From positions 124,001 through 188,000 of the forward strand of contig JAHCIT010000002.1 in assembly GCA_026129095.1 (NCBI GenBank): DNA of 64,000 bases. The letters are read 5' to 3'. Every line of letters begins with the position of its first letter. Positions within the stretch are counted from its first letter, which is position 1. This document shows positions 40,993 to 51,505 of the stretch, one piece after another. Both the position numbers and the translations under genes were made by a program. The stretch is from Deltaproteobacteria bacterium (GTDB lineage Bacteria; JAGRBM01; JAHCIT01). The notes under the pieces are model-generated. The model saw only the letters and a list, made by a program, of their open reading frames with translations, had not been told where the DNA came from and searched no databases.

Positions 40993-41640
40993 TCAAAGAA
41001 CGCCCTTCGTGGAGGCGGGCTTGCCGCCGGACGCAGCCGGGCTCACCGCCACACGGAGTGCGCGGGCGAATGACTTGAACAGCGCCTCGACAATGTGATG
41101 GCGGTTCTCGCCATAGCGGACCGTCAGGTGCAGCGTCACCAGTGCGTGATTGGCGAACGACTGGAAGAAATGCGATACCATCTCCACGTCGAAATTCCCG
41201 ATCTTTCCCGACGGAACATCTCCGTTGAAAACCACATGCGGACGGCCCGACAGGTCAATGACCGTCTCGCAGCAGGCCTCATCCAGCGGCGCGGCGAAAA
41301 AACCGAACCGCTGGATCCCCGCCTTGTCACCGGCCGCCTCCCTGAACGCCTGTCCGAGACAGATGGCCACATCCTCGACGGTGTGGTGGGCGTCCACCTC
41401 CACGTCGCCGGACGCCCGGACTTCCAGGTCCATTGCGCCGTGAACGGCAAGCTGCGCCAGCATGTGGGACAGGAACGGCACCGGCGTATCGATCTCGTAG
41501 CGGCCCGTCCCGTCGAGATTGAGGCGTAGCAGTATGTCGGTTTCGCGGGTTGTCCGCTTCACCATTCCCGTGCGCCCGGCGGGCTTCGTCCGTACGGATG
41601 CCCTGCCGGCGGTTTTCCTGGTTTTTTTCGCTTTACCCAT
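40993..41640 (-). CDS. hisB: Imidazoleglycerol-phosphate dehydratase
   Basis: RTTRETDI, DAHHTVED, NRHHIVEALFK, STKGVL. Confidence 0.97.
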   Translation of the reverse strand: MGKAKKTRKTAGRASVRTKPAGRTGMVKRTTRETDILLRLNLDGTGRYEIDTPVPFLSHMLAQLAVHGAMDLEVRASGDVEVDAHHTVEDVAICLGQAFREAAGDKAGIQRFGFFAAPLDEACCETVIDLSGRPHVVFNGDVPSGKIGNFDVEMVSHFFQSFANHALVTLHLTVRYGENRHHIVEALFKSFARALRVAVSPAASGGKPASTKGVL

Positions 41641-41661
41641 GTTCGTACATCCAGTGCGGTG

Positions 41662-42750
41662 TCAGTCCACCAGCGTTTCGAGCGCCTTTACCAGCTCCCG
41701 GTTTTCCGCCGGTGTACCAACGGTGATTCTCAGGCAGCCATCCAGCCGTCCGGGGCGGCTCAGGTTCCGGACCAGAATACCTTTCCGCCGCAGCGTATCC
41801 CACAGCCAGATCGCATCACCGCCCCGCACCCGGACGAGCAGGAAGTTCGCCTCGCTCGGGTACGCCTTCAGCGTCTCGAACCGGCGGAGCCGGTCAAACA
41901 GCCAGTCCCGCTGTCCGATCACCCGGTTCACGTTCCTGTCCATTTCGGCCGCATTACGGAGCGCCACCTCGGCCACCTTCAGGTTCAATCCCCCGATATT
42001 ATAAGGGAGCCGGACCCGCTCCAGCCGGCTAGCAACAGCCTCGCTGCAGAGCGCCATCCCGAAACGGGCGGTCGCAAACCCGACCTTCGAGAGCGTCTTC
42101 ATCACGACCAGATTCGGATATCGCGGGAGCCGGTCCACCCAGCTTGAATCGGCAAAATCCCCGTAGGCCTCGTCCACAACCACGATTGCGCCAGAGTCCT
42201 CCAGCAGCCATTTCACCACATCCGGGTCGAAGCAGTTGCCGGTCGGATTGTTCGGCATGGCCAGGAACACGAGGTTCACGGGTGTCCTGACCACGGCACG
42301 GCCCACGTCCTTCAGGTCAAGATCAAATTCGTCGTCCGTCTCGACAGACACCACCTCGTAACCGCGGCTCTTGCCGATGATCCCGAACATGGAGAATGCC
42401 GGATTGGGCACCAGCAGCCTCGGCCGGGAGCGGGCAGGACCGGCAAAAACATCCAGCAGCATCCCGATCAGTTCGTCGGAGCCGTTCCCGAGCACCACCT
42501 GCGTGTCCCTGGGCGCCCGGTACCGCTTCAGGATCAGCTTCTTCAGCGCCGCAGGATCGGATTCGGGATACCGGTTCGGCTGGATTTTCCTGAATTCCGC
42601 CGCCAGCTGGGCGCGGAACGCGAGCGAGGGCGCATAGGGCAGTTCGTTCGCGTCGAGACGGATTTTCGCCTGGACAGCCTGAACGTGATAGCCCTTCATC
42701 TCCTCCACTTCCGGGCGGACGAGATCACGAAACCGAGGCGGGAGCTTCAC
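41662..42750 (-). CDS. hisC: Histidinol-phosphate aminotransferase
   Basis: LDANE, GNGSDE, PNNPTG, DEAY, KTLSK; his operon context. Confidence 0.95.
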   Translation of the reverse strand: MKLPPRFRDLVRPEVEEMKGYHVQAVQAKIRLDANELPYAPSLAFRAQLAAEFRKIQPNRYPESDPAALKKLILKRYRAPRDTQVVLGNGSDELIGMLLDVFAGPARSRPRLLVPNPAFSMFGIIGKSRGYEVVSVETDDEFDLDLKDVGRAVVRTPVNLVFLAMPNNPTGNCFDPDVVKWLLEDSGAIVVVDEAYGDFADSSWVDRLPRYPNLVVMKTLSKVGFATARFGMALCSEAVASRLERVRLPYNIGGLNLKVAEVALRNAAEMDRNVNRVIGQRDWLFDRLRRFETLKAYPSEANFLLVRVRGGDAIWLWDTLRRKGILVRNLSRPGRLDGCLRITVGTPAENRELVKALETLVD

Positions 42751-44231
42751 TTCCGTTTCCCCCCACCCGGCTTGTTGCGCGGCTTGAGCAGGTGCACCTT
42801 GGCCAGTTTTCCCGCAGCCGGTTTCCCTGCCCTGGCAGGGCTGTCAACAGCGCGGAGCTGCGGCTTCTTGCCGCGCCCGCCGGGAAGCTGGACGACCTTG
42901 CCCCCCGGACCGGCAGGAGGCCTGCTGTCCGGCTTTGGCCCGGTACGTGGCAGACGGATCTCCACCGACCGGGCATGCTCGAAAAGTCCTTCAGCACGGG
43001 CGAGTGCCACGATCGATGGCCCCAGCACGTTCAGCGCTTTCTCGGACGTATAAACGACGCTCGTCCGCTTCAGGAAAACACCCACGCCAAGGGGGCCGGA
43101 AAACCGGGCAGCGCCGCCCGTGGGGAGCACGTGGTTGGAACCCGCGAGGTAATCTCCCATCGCTTCCGGAGTCGTACGGCCGAGAAAAATCGCCCCGGCG
43201 TTCCGGATGTGACGGGCGAGACCCTCCGGCCGGCGGACCATCAGTTCCACGTGCTCAGGCGCAATCCCGTTGGCAACCTCGACCGCCTCGGCAAGCGAAC
43301 CGGTCAGGATGATCATCCCCCGGTCCGGCACCGACTGTTCGAGGATGTTCCGCCGCGGCGATACCTCGACGGCCCGCATGATCTCGTGCTGAACGAGGCG
43401 TGCGAGCTGCGGCGAATCGGTCAGCAGTATCGCTGCCGCTGTTTCATCGTGCTCGGCCTGCGAGAGCATGTCCGCCGCGATCTCGGCCGGACCGGCCGAA
43501 CTGTCGGCGATGACCACGATTTCCGACGGCCCTGCCACTGACTCGATTCCGATGCGGCCATAAAGCTGGCGCTTGGCCTCCGCGACATAGGCGTTTCCGG
43601 GGCCGACAACCACGGGACAGGCGGGGACCGTTTCGGTCCCGAATGCGAGCGCCGCAACAGCCTGCGCGCCGCCAAAACGGAACAGCCTGTCGACACCGGC
43701 AATGGCACAGGCGGCGAGAATTACCGGACTCGATTCCAGTGACGCGCCCGGCGAGGTGGCGATCACCTCCCCGACACCGGCCACCCTGGCGGGAATCACG
43801 TTCATCAGTACCGTGGAGGGGTAGGCTGCCTTGCCGCCGGGGATATACACCCCGGCGCGGTCTACCGGCTCCACGCGCATTTCAAGACGGCTTCCAAACC
43901 GGTCACGCACGGTGTAACCACCGCTCACCTGCTTTGCGTGGTACCACTCGATCCGCTCGCGGGCGAGCTTCAGCGCCTTCACCACCGCCGGATCCACGAT
44001 CGAAAGTGCTTTCGCAAAATCGGCCCTGGGAACCTCGGCGGCCGCATCGGAGGGGACCCCGTCAAGGCGGGCGGCATGCTCGCGCAGGGCGACGTCGCCG
44101 CGCCGGGACACATCTTCGATGATCTTGCGGACAGCCTCGGCCACTTCCGGCAAGGCGCCGGCGGTCCTGGGCCGGAGACGCTCCAGCCGCTCCCGGTAGG
44201 AGCCCGTGCCGCTGTCGAAGATCCCGATCAT
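42747..44231 (-). CDS. hisD: Histidinol dehydrogenase with basic C-terminal extension
   Basis: YIPGGKAAYPS, GPGNAYV, AGPSE, SQAEHD, APEH, GSNHVLPT. Confidence 0.97.
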   Translation of the reverse strand: MIGIFDSGTGSYRERLERLRPRTAGALPEVAEAVRKIIEDVSRRGDVALREHAARLDGVPSDAAAEVPRADFAKALSIVDPAVVKALKLARERIEWYHAKQVSGGYTVRDRFGSRLEMRVEPVDRAGVYIPGGKAAYPSTVLMNVIPARVAGVGEVIATSPGASLESSPVILAACAIAGVDRLFRFGGAQAVAALAFGTETVPACPVVVGPGNAYVAEAKRQLYGRIGIESVAGPSEIVVIADSSAGPAEIAADMLSQAEHDETAAAILLTDSPQLARLVQHEIMRAVEVSPRRNILEQSVPDRGMIILTGSLAEAVEVANGIAPEHVELMVRRPEGLARHIRNAGAIFLGRTTPEAMGDYLAGSNHVLPTGGAARFSGPLGVGVFLKRTSVVYTSEKALNVLGPSIVALARAEGLFEHARSVEIRLPRTGPKPDSRPPAGPGGKVVQLPGGRGKKPQLRAVDSPARAGKPAAGKLAKVHLLKPRNKPGGGKRK

Positions 44232-44863
44232 GCGGCAGAAAGCTCCCCAATGCGGCCCGTGAGGTCACGGATTTCCCGCGGTTTCAGCTTGAGTGCTGCC
44301 GGATTGCACACCAGCCGGCAGGTTGACTCCAGCATCACGACATCCTCGACGAGTCCGTTCGCCCTGAGCGTCCCGCCCGTCGAGACGAGATCGGCAATCC
44401 GGTCGGCGAGCCCCACCAGCGGGGCCAGCTCCACCGAACCGTACAGCTTCACAATCTCGGCCCGGCGCCCGAGCCGGTTCAGATAGTCCGTCGTCAGGTT
44501 CACGTATTTCGTCGCCACCCGGATCGGCTCGTCCGGGTGCAGCTCTGAAAACGGCGCGTCGCCCCTGCGGCGCGCCAGCGACAGCCGGCACCTGCCGATG
44601 CCGAGGTCGTGCAGCTCGAAAAGCCGGGAACCGCCCTCCAGCAGCACGTCCTTGCCCACAATACCCAGTTCGGCAGCGCCCGATTCGACATATGTGGGCA
44701 CATCCTGCGACCGGACCACCAGCAGGCTCAGGCCTGCCTTCGGAAAGTTGTGGATGAGCGAGCGGCTGTCCCGGCGGACCTGCTCAGCAGACACGCCCAG
44801 CGGCGCGAGCAGTTCCATGCTCTCGTCGAATACCCTTCCCTTGGCGACAGCAACCGTAATCAT
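44228..44863 (-). CDS. hisG: ATP phosphoribosyltransferase, short form
   Basis: KGR, DVPTYV, GKDVLLE, ATKY, GSVELAP, DLVSTGGTLRANGL; 211 aa. Confidence 0.96.
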   Translation of the reverse strand: MITVAVAKGRVFDESMELLAPLGVSAEQVRRDSRSLIHNFPKAGLSLLVVRSQDVPTYVESGAAELGIVGKDVLLEGGSRLFELHDLGIGRCRLSLARRRGDAPFSELHPDEPIRVATKYVNLTTDYLNRLGRRAEIVKLYGSVELAPLVGLADRIADLVSTGGTLRANGLVEDVVMLESTCRLVCNPAALKLKPREIRDLTGRIGELSAA

Positions 44864-46152
44864 GCGTCTCCTGGTGCTTTCCCCGGCCAGCGGCCAGCGA
44901 ACCGCTCGATCATCGCTCCCAGCGTGGCCAGTTTCTTCTCAAGCCCTTCATAGCCCCGGTCCAGATGGTAAATCCGGTCTACCACCGATTCTCCATCGGC
45001 CACGAGCGCCGCCAGCACCAGTCCCGCCGATGCCCTCAGATCGGTCGCCATGACCGGAGCGCTGGTGAGCCGCGGCACCCCCTGCACAATGGCGACGTTG
45101 CCCTTGATCCGGATATCCGCGCCCATGCGAACCAGTTCCTGTACATGCATGAACCGGTTTTCAAAAACATTCTCCGAGATCACCGATGTCCCGCTGGCCA
45201 CTGTCATCAGGGCCATGTACTGCGCCTGCATGTCGGTCGCAAAGCCGGGGTAAGGCTGCGTTTCGACATCGGCTGCCCTCAGCGACCGGGGACCGTCCGG
45301 CGCACGGACACGGATGGTGCTCTCGCCGTTCTCGACCTGGACGCCGGTGGCTGCCAGCTTGGCGACCACCGCCGAGGAGTGGGCGGCAATGGCATTTTCC
45401 AGCATCACGTCTCCGCCTGTGATGGCCGCCGCAATCAGCAGCGTGCCGGTTTCGATCCGGTCGGGCATCACCGTGCGCGCAAACGGCTTCAGCGATTTGG
45501 TTCCCGTCACAACGATCCGCTCGGTTCCGGCGCCTTCGATGCCAGCACCCATCGAGGCCAGCACTTCGGCCAGTTCGACTACCTCCGGCTCCTGTGCACA
45601 GTTGGCCAGCACGGTCGTCCCTTCGGCGCAGGCAGCGGCCATCAGGGCATTCTCCGTCCCGGTCACGGTCTGGATGTCGAACGTGAACCTGCAGCCCTTG
45701 AGCCGTCCCGCCTCGGCGTAGACATATCCGTGCTCGACCCGGAGTGTGGCCCCCAGTGCCTCCAGCACTTTCAGGTGCTGGTCAATCGGGCGGGCGCCAA
45801 TGGCACATCCGCCAGGAAGCGAAACCTTCGCCTTTCCGAACCGGGCAACCAGTGGCCCCAGCACCAGCACCGATGCGCGCATGGTTTTCACGAGGTCGTA
45901 CGGAGCCTCGAAGTTCCGGACGCCGGACGTATCAACCGTCACGGCGCCGCCGGACCGGGTAACACGTGCGCCCATGTTTTCCAGAAGCCGCCCCATCGTG
46001 TGGATATCGGCAAGCTGCGGCACGCCCTTCAGGACACTTTGCCCGTCTGAAAGCAGGGAGCAGGCCATGAGCGGGAGCGCGCTGTTTTTCGCGCCAGACA
46101 CCCGCACCGTCCCCTTGAGACGCGCACCGCCGCGTATGAGGAACTTATCCAC
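44860..46152 (-). CDS. murA: UDP-N-acetylglucosamine 1-carboxyvinyltransferase
   Basis: GAKNSALP, MRAS, LPGGCAIGARP, TDLRA, HLDRGYE. Confidence 0.98.
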   Translation of the reverse strand: MDKFLIRGGARLKGTVRVSGAKNSALPLMACSLLSDGQSVLKGVPQLADIHTMGRLLENMGARVTRSGGAVTVDTSGVRNFEAPYDLVKTMRASVLVLGPLVARFGKAKVSLPGGCAIGARPIDQHLKVLEALGATLRVEHGYVYAEAGRLKGCRFTFDIQTVTGTENALMAAACAEGTTVLANCAQEPEVVELAEVLASMGAGIEGAGTERIVVTGTKSLKPFARTVMPDRIETGTLLIAAAITGGDVMLENAIAAHSSAVVAKLAATGVQVENGESTIRVRAPDGPRSLRAADVETQPYPGFATDMQAQYMALMTVASGTSVISENVFENRFMHVQELVRMGADIRIKGNVAIVQGVPRLTSAPVMATDLRASAGLVLAALVADGESVVDRIYHLDRGYEGLEKKLATLGAMIERFAGRWPGKAPGDA

Positions 46153-47047
46153 CGGCAGCCTCCTGCTCCGGGTTTCCGCCGGGCCACAGGCAGCGGATCA
46201 TCCGGTCCGCGCCGGAGAGGTCAGGCAGGATCTCGACGCTGCCATATCCAGCCGGGAAGGCCAGTTCGCGCACCTGCTCTCCCTGGTCCTCCCCGATTTC
46301 CATGACCAGCAGGCCCCCCGGCACCAGAAGCGATCTGGCTCCGAGAAAAATCCGCCGGATAATACCAAGGCCGTCCCGCCCACCGAACAGCGCCAGATGA
46401 GGCTCGTAGTTTGCCACCTGAGGAGGCAAGTCCACCCCCTCGGCGATGTAAGGCGGGTTGGAAACGATGGCGTCGAACCGGAAACCGGCGACAACCGGAA
46501 ATAGGTCAGCCTTCAGAAAGCGTACGCGGGCAGACACCCCGGCGGCCGCCGCATTGGCCGCCGCAATTTCCAGCGCGGCCGGAGAGGTATCGGTGGCCGT
46601 GACGCGCACATCCGGCCGCTCGGCAGCCACCGTCACGGCTATGGCGCCGCTCCCGGTGCCGATATCAAGAACATCCGCATTCCGTGAAAGCCTGCTCAGC
46701 AGGGCCTCCACGACTGTTTCAGTTTCCGGGCGGGGAATCAGCACGTCCGGTGTTACCCGGAACTCCCGTCCGAAAAACTCCCGCCGTCCCAGAATGTAGG
46801 CGACCGGCTCGCGCCGTTCCCGGCGCGAAACCAGGTCTTCGAAACAGGCCGCAACGGCCGGCAGCATTTTCTCGTCCCGCCGGGCAGCCAGTTGCGCCCG
46901 GGTCCAGCCCACTACCGACCCTAACAGCAGTTCGGCATCGAGCCGCGCCGAGACAATCCCGGCGGTGGCAAAGCGGGCGGCAGCCCCGGCCACCAGTGTC
47001 CGTGCCGTGGGGAGCATGGCAGCGTCTCTTGCCGCGCCCGTGTTCAT
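46145..47047 (-). CDS. prmC: Release factor glutamine methyltransferase
   Basis: [22 protein letters not shown]. Confidence 0.96.
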   Translation of the reverse strand: MNTGAARDAAMLPTARTLVAGAAARFATAGIVSARLDAELLLGSVVGWTRAQLAARRDEKMLPAVAACFEDLVSRRERREPVAYILGRREFFGREFRVTPDVLIPRPETETVVEALLSRLSRNADVLDIGTGSGAIAVTVAAERPDVRVTATDTSPAALEIAAANAAAAGVSARVRFLKADLFPVVAGFRFDAIVSNPPYIAEGVDLPPQVANYEPHLALFGGRDGLGIIRRIFLGARSLLVPGGLLVMEIGEDQGEQVRELAFPAGYGSVEILPDLSGADRMIRCLWPGGNPEQEAAGG

Positions 47048-48147
47048 GGCCGCCCCCCCGCCGTTTCAGCCGGTTCGTCCAGATCCCGGGCCAGCAGTTC
47101 CGCCTGGTAGTTCGATGTCAGCGGACCGATCAGCGGATCGAGATCGCCATCCATGATGGCCGTGAGCTGGTACAGTGTAAGTCCGATCCGGTGATCGGTG
47201 CAGCGTTCCTGCGGAAAGTTGTAGGTCCGAATCTTCTCGCTCCGTGCAGCCGATCCGATGAGGCTCCTGCGCTCGGAGGCAATCCGGTCGTCCTGCTCCT
47301 GCTGGGCGCGTGCGAGCAGCCGCGAGCGCAGGATCTTCAGCGCTTTTGCCTTGTTCTTGATCTGGCTTTTTTCGTCCTGGCAAATGACGACCGTGTTCGT
47401 CGGCAGGTGCGTCACGCGCACTGCCGAATCGGTCGTGTTCACGCTCTGGCCGCCGTGGCCGCCGGCACGGAACACATCGATCCTGAGTTCGTCATCCTTC
47501 AGCACGACATCCACATCCTCAGCCTCGGGCAGCACCGCCACGGTGGCCGTGGAGGTGTGGATGCGCCCCTGCGTCTCGGTGGCCGGAACCCGCTGCACAC
47601 GGTGCACACCCGATTCGAACTTGAGACGCGAAAAAACGTCTTTCCCGCTCACCTGGGCGATCACTTCCTTGTAGCCGCCCGCGGAGTTCTCGGAGGCAGA
47701 CAGCATTTCCACCTTCCACCGCCGGTCCTCCGCATACCGGGTGTACATCCGGAACAGGTCGGCCACAAACAGCCCGGCCTCATCGCCTCCGGTTCCGGCG
47801 CGAAGCTCCAGAATCGCGTTCCGGCCGTCATTCGGATCCTTCGGCAGGAGCAGCACCTTCAGTTCCTGTTCCGCCGATGCCAGCCGGGCCTCCAGGTCCG
47901 GGATCTCGGCCTGCGCCATCGCCCGCATTTCGGGGTCATTCCCGGCGGCCAGTTCGCGGCTTCCCTTCAGTTCTTCCTCGATCTTCTGATAGCCCCGGAA
48001 CGATTCCACGACGGGAGCAAGCTCGGCATGCTCACGGGAGAGCTTCACATACCGGCTGTTGTCGGATGTGACGTCAGGATCGGCGAGAAGCCGCTCAAGC
48101 TCCCCGTGCCGCCGGGCCACCTTCTCCAGTTTTGCCGTTATGTCCAT
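47044..48147 (-). CDS. prfA: Peptide chain release factor 1
   Basis: [12 protein letters not shown] (PxT), GGQ, RTYNF. Confidence 0.97.
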   Translation of the reverse strand: MDITAKLEKVARRHGELERLLADPDVTSDNSRYVKLSREHAELAPVVESFRGYQKIEEELKGSRELAAGNDPEMRAMAQAEIPDLEARLASAEQELKVLLLPKDPNDGRNAILELRAGTGGDEAGLFVADLFRMYTRYAEDRRWKVEMLSASENSAGGYKEVIAQVSGKDVFSRLKFESGVHRVQRVPATETQGRIHTSTATVAVLPEAEDVDVVLKDDELRIDVFRAGGHGGQSVNTTDSAVRVTHLPTNTVVICQDEKSQIKNKAKALKILRSRLLARAQQEQDDRIASERRSLIGSAARSEKIRTYNFPQERCTDHRIGLTLYQLTAIMDGDLDPLIGPLTSNYQAELLARDLDEPAETAGGRP

Positions 48148-48181
48148 CGTCGTCCGTATCCGCTGCTGCTACCGGGGCCCC

Positions 48182-48228
48182 AAAAACGAAACCGCCCGCG
48201 CTCCTTGGGTGAGCCGGCGGGCGGTTTC
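48182..48228 (-). terminator. Terminator/attenuator between rpmE and prfA
   Basis: GAAACCGCCCGC / GCGGGCGGTTTC 12-bp stem followed by GTTTTT on minus strand. Confidence 0.75.
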
Positions 48229-48241
48229 AGTCGGGACGAAG

Positions 48242-48448
48242 CTAGGCTTTCTTGGCGTACTTCTTCCGGAACCGCTCGACGCGGCCCTCCGCGTCAATCA
48301 CTTTCTGCTTGCCCGTGTAGAACGGATGGCATGCGGCGCATACGTCTACCGTGAAGTCACCGCGGACCGAACGGGTCTCGTAGACCGTCTGGCAACTGGC
48401 GCAGGTGACCTTGATGGGCCGGTAATGGGGATGAATCTGTGCTTTCAT
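48242..48448 (-). CDS. rpmE: 50S ribosomal protein L31 (Zn-binding type)
   Basis: MKAQIHPHY...CASC...CAACHPFYTGKQK...GRVERF. Confidence 0.97.
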   Translation of the reverse strand: MKAQIHPHYRPIKVTCASCQTVYETRSVRGDFTVDVCAACHPFYTGKQKVIDAEGRVERFRKKYAKKA

Positions 48449-48559
48449 GTCCGATACCTTCCGGGCTGATAAACCCAAGGCCGTCGGGTATAAGGACTGG
48501 CGGTGGTAAAATCAAGCCGGGATGCCTGACGTCCGGCTGGGCCCGGATACAGGTACAAC

Positions 48560-48976
48560 ATGCTGATTTCAGATGAAAAACTGGCCGAAATCCTGGCTGC
48601 GTCCCGGTCAATCGCTGTTGTGGGGCTGTCCGAAAATCCGGCGGCGACCAGCCACAGCGTGTCTGCCTACATGCAGCGGCAGGGGTATCGCATCCTGCCG
48701 GTCAATCCGGCGGCCCGCCAGGTGCTTGGCGAGCAGGCCGTGCCGTCGCTGGCTGACCTGCCCGGACCTGCCGATATTGTGAACGTGTTCCGCCGCCCGG
48801 AACATGTGGCCGGCGTCGCCCACAGCACCCTTGCGCTCCCCTGGAAGCCGAAACTCCTCTTCGTCCAGCTTGGAATCACAAGCCCTGAGGCGATGGCGCT
48901 CATGGAAACATCGGACATTCCGTACATCGAGGACCGGTGCATCAAGATCGAGCACCAGCGGCTAGGCCGCCGGTAG
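48560..48976 (+). CDS. CoA-binding protein (YccU-like)
   Basis: IAVVGLS, PVNP, DIVNVFRR, QLGI, DRCIKIEH. Confidence 0.92.
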   Translation: MLISDEKLAEILAASRSIAVVGLSENPAATSHSVSAYMQRQGYRILPVNPAARQVLGEQAVPSLADLPGPADIVNVFRRPEHVAGVAHSTLALPWKPKLLFVQLGITSPEAMALMETSDIPYIEDRCIKIEHQRLGRR

Positions 48977-48979
48977 CCG

Positions 48980-49792
48980 CTAGTTCCGCATCGCTCCCAC
49001 CTGCTCTGCAATCGCCGAAAGTGTCTGGCCGATCGGCGTGAAGAACCTCGCCTCGGCAATTCCGTCCAGCGGCGTCTCGCTGGCGGTGATAATGACCAGC
49101 TTCGCGCCGGCGCGCCGGGCTTCCAGCGGCAGTTGCGCCGCCGGCTGCACGACGAGTGAACTTCCCAGCACGATGAACAGGCTGGCGGTGCGGGAAAGCT
49201 CGAAACTGTCCATCAGCTCCTTTTCGGGCATCGACTGGCCGAAGCTGATCGTGGCGCTCTTGATAGGCCCGCCGCATTTCCCCCCGCCAGGCATATCTTC
49301 CTCGCAATAGGGAACGTAATCCCTGACGTTGGCGCGGCTGGACCTCACCCAGTCCATCACCTGTGTCATGGGCCACGTCCTGCCGCACTCCAGGCAGACG
49401 GCCTTCATGGCCGTGCCGTGAATCTCGATCACGTTCCTCGACCCCGCCCGCTGGTGCAGCCCGTCGATGTTCTGGGTAATGACCGCCTGAACAAGGCCCG
49501 CCTTCTCCCATGCGGCCACGACCTCATGCCCCGCGTTGGGACGGGCCTTGTGAAACTCGTCGAACATCTCGTTCGACCGCTGCCAGTAGAGGCTCCGCTT
49601 TTCGTGACTGCGGATGAAGTTCTGGAACGTGTAGTCCTCCGGATCGTACCGGCTCCACACGCCTCCGGGAGACCGGAAATCGGGGATTCCGCTCTCGGTG
49701 GAGATGCCCGCGCCACTGAATACGACCGTGCTGGTGCTCTGCACGATCCAGCGGGCCACCTGCGCGCAGGCATCGTCGAATGAGGCAGTCAT
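48980..49792 (-). CDS. Sir2-family NAD-dependent deacylase
   Basis: GAGISTESGIPDFR, TQNIDGLH, HG, GSSLVVQPAA. Confidence 0.95.
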   Translation of the reverse strand: MTASFDDACAQVARWIVQSTSTVVFSGAGISTESGIPDFRSPGGVWSRYDPEDYTFQNFIRSHEKRSLYWQRSNEMFDEFHKARPNAGHEVVAAWEKAGLVQAVITQNIDGLHQRAGSRNVIEIHGTAMKAVCLECGRTWPMTQVMDWVRSSRANVRDYVPYCEEDMPGGGKCGGPIKSATISFGQSMPEKELMDSFELSRTASLFIVLGSSLVVQPAAQLPLEARRAGAKLVIITASETPLDGIAEARFFTPIGQTLSAIAEQVGAMRN

Positions 49793-49893
49793 CGGCGGCA
49801 GTCTGATGCAGGTTGCGGTGAAGGAAAAGCGGCGGGCGGATTCTCCGGACTTGCAGATTGCGCCTCCAGCGGCTTTCATTCCGGGCACAGGCC

Positions 49894-51021
49894 ATGATGA
49901 TCACCGACGCATTCCCCCTCCTCGGCGAAGGGCTCCGCGTGGCGGCCGGCGCGGCCAGCCGGGGCTTCAGGCCCCCCCCGGAGCGCAGGTTTGAAGGCGA
50001 CGCCGCCGCCATCTGTTCACAGGTGGCCAAGGCATGCTGGAACGGCCAGTATTTCCAGGCGGGCGGCGACCACTTTAACCAGTTCTGGATCCGCGATTTC
50101 GCGCTGGCGCTGCCGGGGCTGATTGATCTTGGCCTGCTGGAAGAGGCCCGCGCCACGCTCGAATTCGCCATGAACGCATGGGCCCGTACCGGCCGGATCA
50201 CGACGACGGTGCTCTCCACGGGACAGGCCGTGGACGTGTTCCGGCTCGGGGCCGATTCCCTGCCGTTCCTGCTTTACGCTGCCAGCCTCACGGACCAGCA
50301 GGAACTGCTGGAACAGCACGGAAGCCTGATCGAGAAGGCGCTCGCCGGATATGGCGAGGCATTCTTCGATTCCCAGTCGGGCCAGTACCGCCTCGGTGTC
50401 TACTTCCCGACCGCCAAGGACATGATCACCCTGCCGGGCAACTGCGCGGGATTCGCATTCGTGGCATGGACCGACGCGCAGGCGCGGCGGCTCGGGAAGG
50501 CAAGCCCTTTCCCCGAAACGGACTTCGAACAGCTCCTCCACGACACGTTCTGGGAGAAGGACCACTATTCCAACGATCCCGGAAGCCGCATCCTGTCGGC
50601 CGACGCGAATTTGTGGCCCTTCTGGTGCGGCGTCGTCCGCGACCCCGTACGGGAACAAAAGGCCATCCGCGCCGTACAGAATGCGGGACTCGACCGGCCT
50701 TTTCCCCTGAAATACCACGCCACCCGTCATGCGCGGCATGAACACTGGGTCTCGCGGATCATCGTTCCCAACTACCAGGGCGACACGATCTGGACGATGC
50801 TCGCACTCCAGTGGATTGAACGGGTTGCCCTCTATGATCTCGCAAAAGCACGCCATTACCTTGAGCAAACCGCCCTCTGGATCGAAAAGTACGGCAACTG
50901 GATTGAGCTTTTCGAGCCGGATGGCTCAAGGCCGTTCCGGGGGCCCTTCGGCCATGGTGCCGCCCAAGGGCTCATCTGGGCAGCCAATTTCCCGCGGCTC
51001 TGGCGTAGCATCAGGGGCTAA
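49894..51021 (+). CDS. Six-hairpin glycosidase-like protein (amylo-alpha-1,6-glucosidase C-domain-like)
   Basis: FWIRDF, NYQGDTIW, WIELF...LIWAA motifs. Confidence 0.6.
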   Translation: MMITDAFPLLGEGLRVAAGAASRGFRPPPERRFEGDAAAICSQVAKACWNGQYFQAGGDHFNQFWIRDFALALPGLIDLGLLEEARATLEFAMNAWARTGRITTTVLSTGQAVDVFRLGADSLPFLLYAASLTDQQELLEQHGSLIEKALAGYGEAFFDSQSGQYRLGVYFPTAKDMITLPGNCAGFAFVAWTDAQARRLGKASPFPETDFEQLLHDTFWEKDHYSNDPGSRILSADANLWPFWCGVVRDPVREQKAIRAVQNAGLDRPFPLKYHATRHARHEHWVSRIIVPNYQGDTIWTMLALQWIERVALYDLAKARHYLEQTALWIEKYGNWIELFEPDGSRPFRGPFGHGAAQGLIWAANFPRLWRSIRG

Positions 51022-51112
51022 CAGCCCCGTCCCTTGCCTTCCCGGCGGGCATCGCTAATATGGGACTTAAGAGGTCCGGTTAAGTACGGACCCAAGCTTC
51101 GAGGGTATTCAC

Positions 51113-51505
51113 ATGGCACACGGCAAGGGCATGGTGGCGGCAGAGGAAAATGCTGTTATTCCGGCAGTTTCAGCGACAATCGCGGTGACTCCGGCAGCCA
51201 TCGAAAAATTCCGCGCCCTGCTCAAAACCGAGAAGAACCTGCCCCCGGATACCGGGCTCCGGGTGGCTGTCGTGGATGGTGGCTGCGCCGGACAGAGCTA
51301 CAAGCTGACCTTTGAAACAAAGGGCCGGGACGAGGATGAATCCCTCGAATTCGATGGCCTGAAGATATTCATCGACCCCAAGAGCGCCTCTTTCATTCGC
51401 GGCACAACGCTCGATTTCGTCGAGGGCCTGAACTCCGCCGGCTTCCAGTTCCTTAACCCCAACGTCCAGAAAACCTGCGGCTGCGGTTCATCGTTCAAGG
51501 TCTGA
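51113..51505 (+). CDS. HesB/IscA A-type Fe-S carrier
   Basis: GGCAGQSY, GTTLDF, NPN..TCGCGSSF. Confidence 0.95.
   Translation: MAHGKGMVAAEENAVIPAVSATIAVTPAAIEKFRALLKTEKNLPPDTGLRVAVVDGGCAGQSYKLTFETKGRDEDESLEFDGLKIFIDPKSASFIRGTTLDFVEGLNSAGFQFLNPNVQKTCGCGSSFKV

Noticed and set aside
39575-44863. Missing hisF/hisIE/hisZ as pathway loss
   Set aside because: These genes are often encoded elsewhere; cannot be judged from one window.
46684-48354. 556-aa plus-strand ORF
   Set aside because: Antisense to prmC/prfA/rpmE; shadow ORF.
48980-49792. Sir2 as an anti-phage defence gene
   Set aside because: Canonical single-domain deacylase with Zn-binding cysteines in housekeeping context, no defence partners.
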